Source: Dipteris shenzhenensis (Eukaryota). From it: a stretch of 64,000 nt of DNA. Position 1 is the stretch's first letter. Every line of letters starts with the position of its first letter. Of this stretch, positions 62,061-64,000 are shown piece by piece. The stretch is taken from assembly GCA_047967505.1 (NCBI GenBank), contig CM106538.1; one strand, written 5' to 3'. The position numbers were made by a program, and so were the translations under genes. The notes below the pieces were generated by a model. It made no database searches and was not told the DNA's origin. It worked only from the letters and a program-made list of their open reading frames with translations.

Positions 62061-64000
62061 AGTGTCTCCACAACTGCTAGGTCTTGGAGAGTGGCATATG
62101 CTGCTACTGTGGTAGTGGAGGATGTAATCTAACCCTCGTAAGCAAAGCATGAGTGGATCACACAAGCATATAGCTCTTGGAGCCATGCTTCTCCCAATGG
62201 CGAGTGCGCTTGTGAACGCACGATCTTGTACTCGCCTGCGGTTGCCGTTAGGGTGCACTTTTGTGTTCTCATGGGGGGCATGCCTGCTATAGCTGGCTCA
62301 TCTTGAGTAGCATGTCTAGTGGAGGTGTCTTCATCCTATAAGTCCTCCATGCTTATTTTGGTCGGCATTCAAATTGTGGCCGAAGGAGTGGTCTGAGAAT
62401 CTGATGGGCCAGTGGCCTCTAGAATAGGGCGAGGGTGGAGACCCAAGTCAGCTTTGAACTCATAGAAGTCATGTTTGGATTCCATGGCAAACAGAAGTGG
62501 AAGTTGCATGATGAGGGAATCGGTGGATGAGGAAGAACAAGAGGACATAAATTTGCCGGTGGGGATGTAGAGGAAGTGGGCAAGAAACTATCAGATTTTT
62601 GGATAAATTTTGACATAGTTTTGCTGTAACAGCTATGGCAATGACCCATAGTGGGGTAGGCCTACTTGTATAGATTTCTATCCCCACAATCGATGGGATA
62701 TTGGTATGGCGACGATCGGTGCTGAATTTGATGGTGACAGCCACCGGCGAACCTCGATGGCAACGATCGGCATGGAGTGTCTTATGCTGTGACCGGCATG
62801 GTACTCGAATGGCAATGGGGCGGTATTGTTTGGCTGGCGATGACCTGGTGGGGTATTGTTATTGTGACGGTCGACGGGGGTCGGTGGTGTAATGGCTTGG
62901 CGATGGTCGACGATGAACATTTCAGTGATGGTCAGTGGGGAACATTTCGATGATGTCAGTGGTGAACATTTTAGCGATGGTTAGCGGGGTAGTGATTGTG
63001 TAAGAATAGGGAAAAGAAAAGGAAGGGGGAGTGGGGTGGGGAAAAATGTCGACTGAGCAGAGTGCACTTGTGTTGTGCAACATGATAGTGAGGTCAGCGT
63101 GCAAGAACATGAACACTTGTAAAAATGCAAGAATGGACCCGAATCACCTGGTGCTAACCGTGTGTGTGTTTCGTGTGCTCGACAGGGACTAGTGGGCCAT
63201 GGGTGCATCGCGTGAGATGCCTACCGTACTAACTCACCTAGACCTAGACGTGATGACTATGATGAATGCAGTGGAGGTAGGTGTCGTACTGCAGCATAGT
63301 AAGTGAGGAGCCATGTAGAGTATGTGTCCAGCTTGTCCTTACCTTGGACGCCAAAGGCACCTTTGTGTCAGACTTGGTTGTTGTCGCGAGGTTTGACTTT
63401 GAGTGTCCATCCCCAAGGTGAGGTTCTTGTGTAACTCTTCATGGGATGGAATTCGGGTATTGTAGAGTTCCTCAACTGGTGGTGGCGATGCCTGTGTTGA
63501 GTCAGGCTACCCATGGCACCAGGGTATATTTGGTACCTTGAGGCTGGCCTACAGTTGGCAGGTTCTTGTGATGTTGCCTTTGATGCCTTCGAGGTTTGCA
63601 CTGTCTTTTTTTGGATCCAAGAGACTTTGTTGTCTTGGCTACCCAAACGGGTGGTGTTGCTCGAGGTGGCGGTGGATGAGGCATGAGCGTTGGGCGCGGC
63701 TTTCTCCAGGTAGTGAATGTGTGTGGGGGAAGTGATCTTGAGGTGACTGGAGCTGCTGTTGCTTTGTTACCATTCTCTAGGCATTAGTTCCGATCGAGGT
63801 GATGTTGGGTGCAGAGGATAGCATCTCGTACTTGCAGCTCTCGAATTTCTTGAGCAGAGGATGGTAGTGTTGGCTGAGTGTGCAATAGCATTGGTTTACC
63901 AACACTACAATGAGCTTTCTTCTCCTTTCGAGTTGGGCCCTTAAGTGGTGTGCTGGTGGAGGCTGGGGCTTCTAGTTGGCTTTGTTGCATCACTTCATTA

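Overview
Repeat-dense land-plant nuclear DNA; the element types and (GA/CT)n load suggest a large-genome non-seed plant such as a fern (inference only). There is one clear host gene: a two-exon class B heat-shock transcription factor of the HsfB4/SCHIZORIZA type (minus strand, 9513-11038, 408 aa) with candidate uORFs. The rest is nested transposon material: two Ty1/copia copies of family A (257-bp LTRs, ~2.5-kb leader), three of family B (~350-bp LTRs; two full length with TSDs, one truncated), an internally deleted LTR element D with TSD, two CACTA transposase remnants, and decayed Ty3/gypsy pieces. The most unusual structure is a minus-strand Athila/Tat-type gypsy element (G). Downstream of its tRNA-Asp-like PBS, the leader carries a second, diverged copy of the LTR module. 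This copy has its own TATA box, a W-box inverted repeat and an ATG|GTAAGT donor that would splice in frame onto gag across a microsatellite and TTAGG-like palindrome array.
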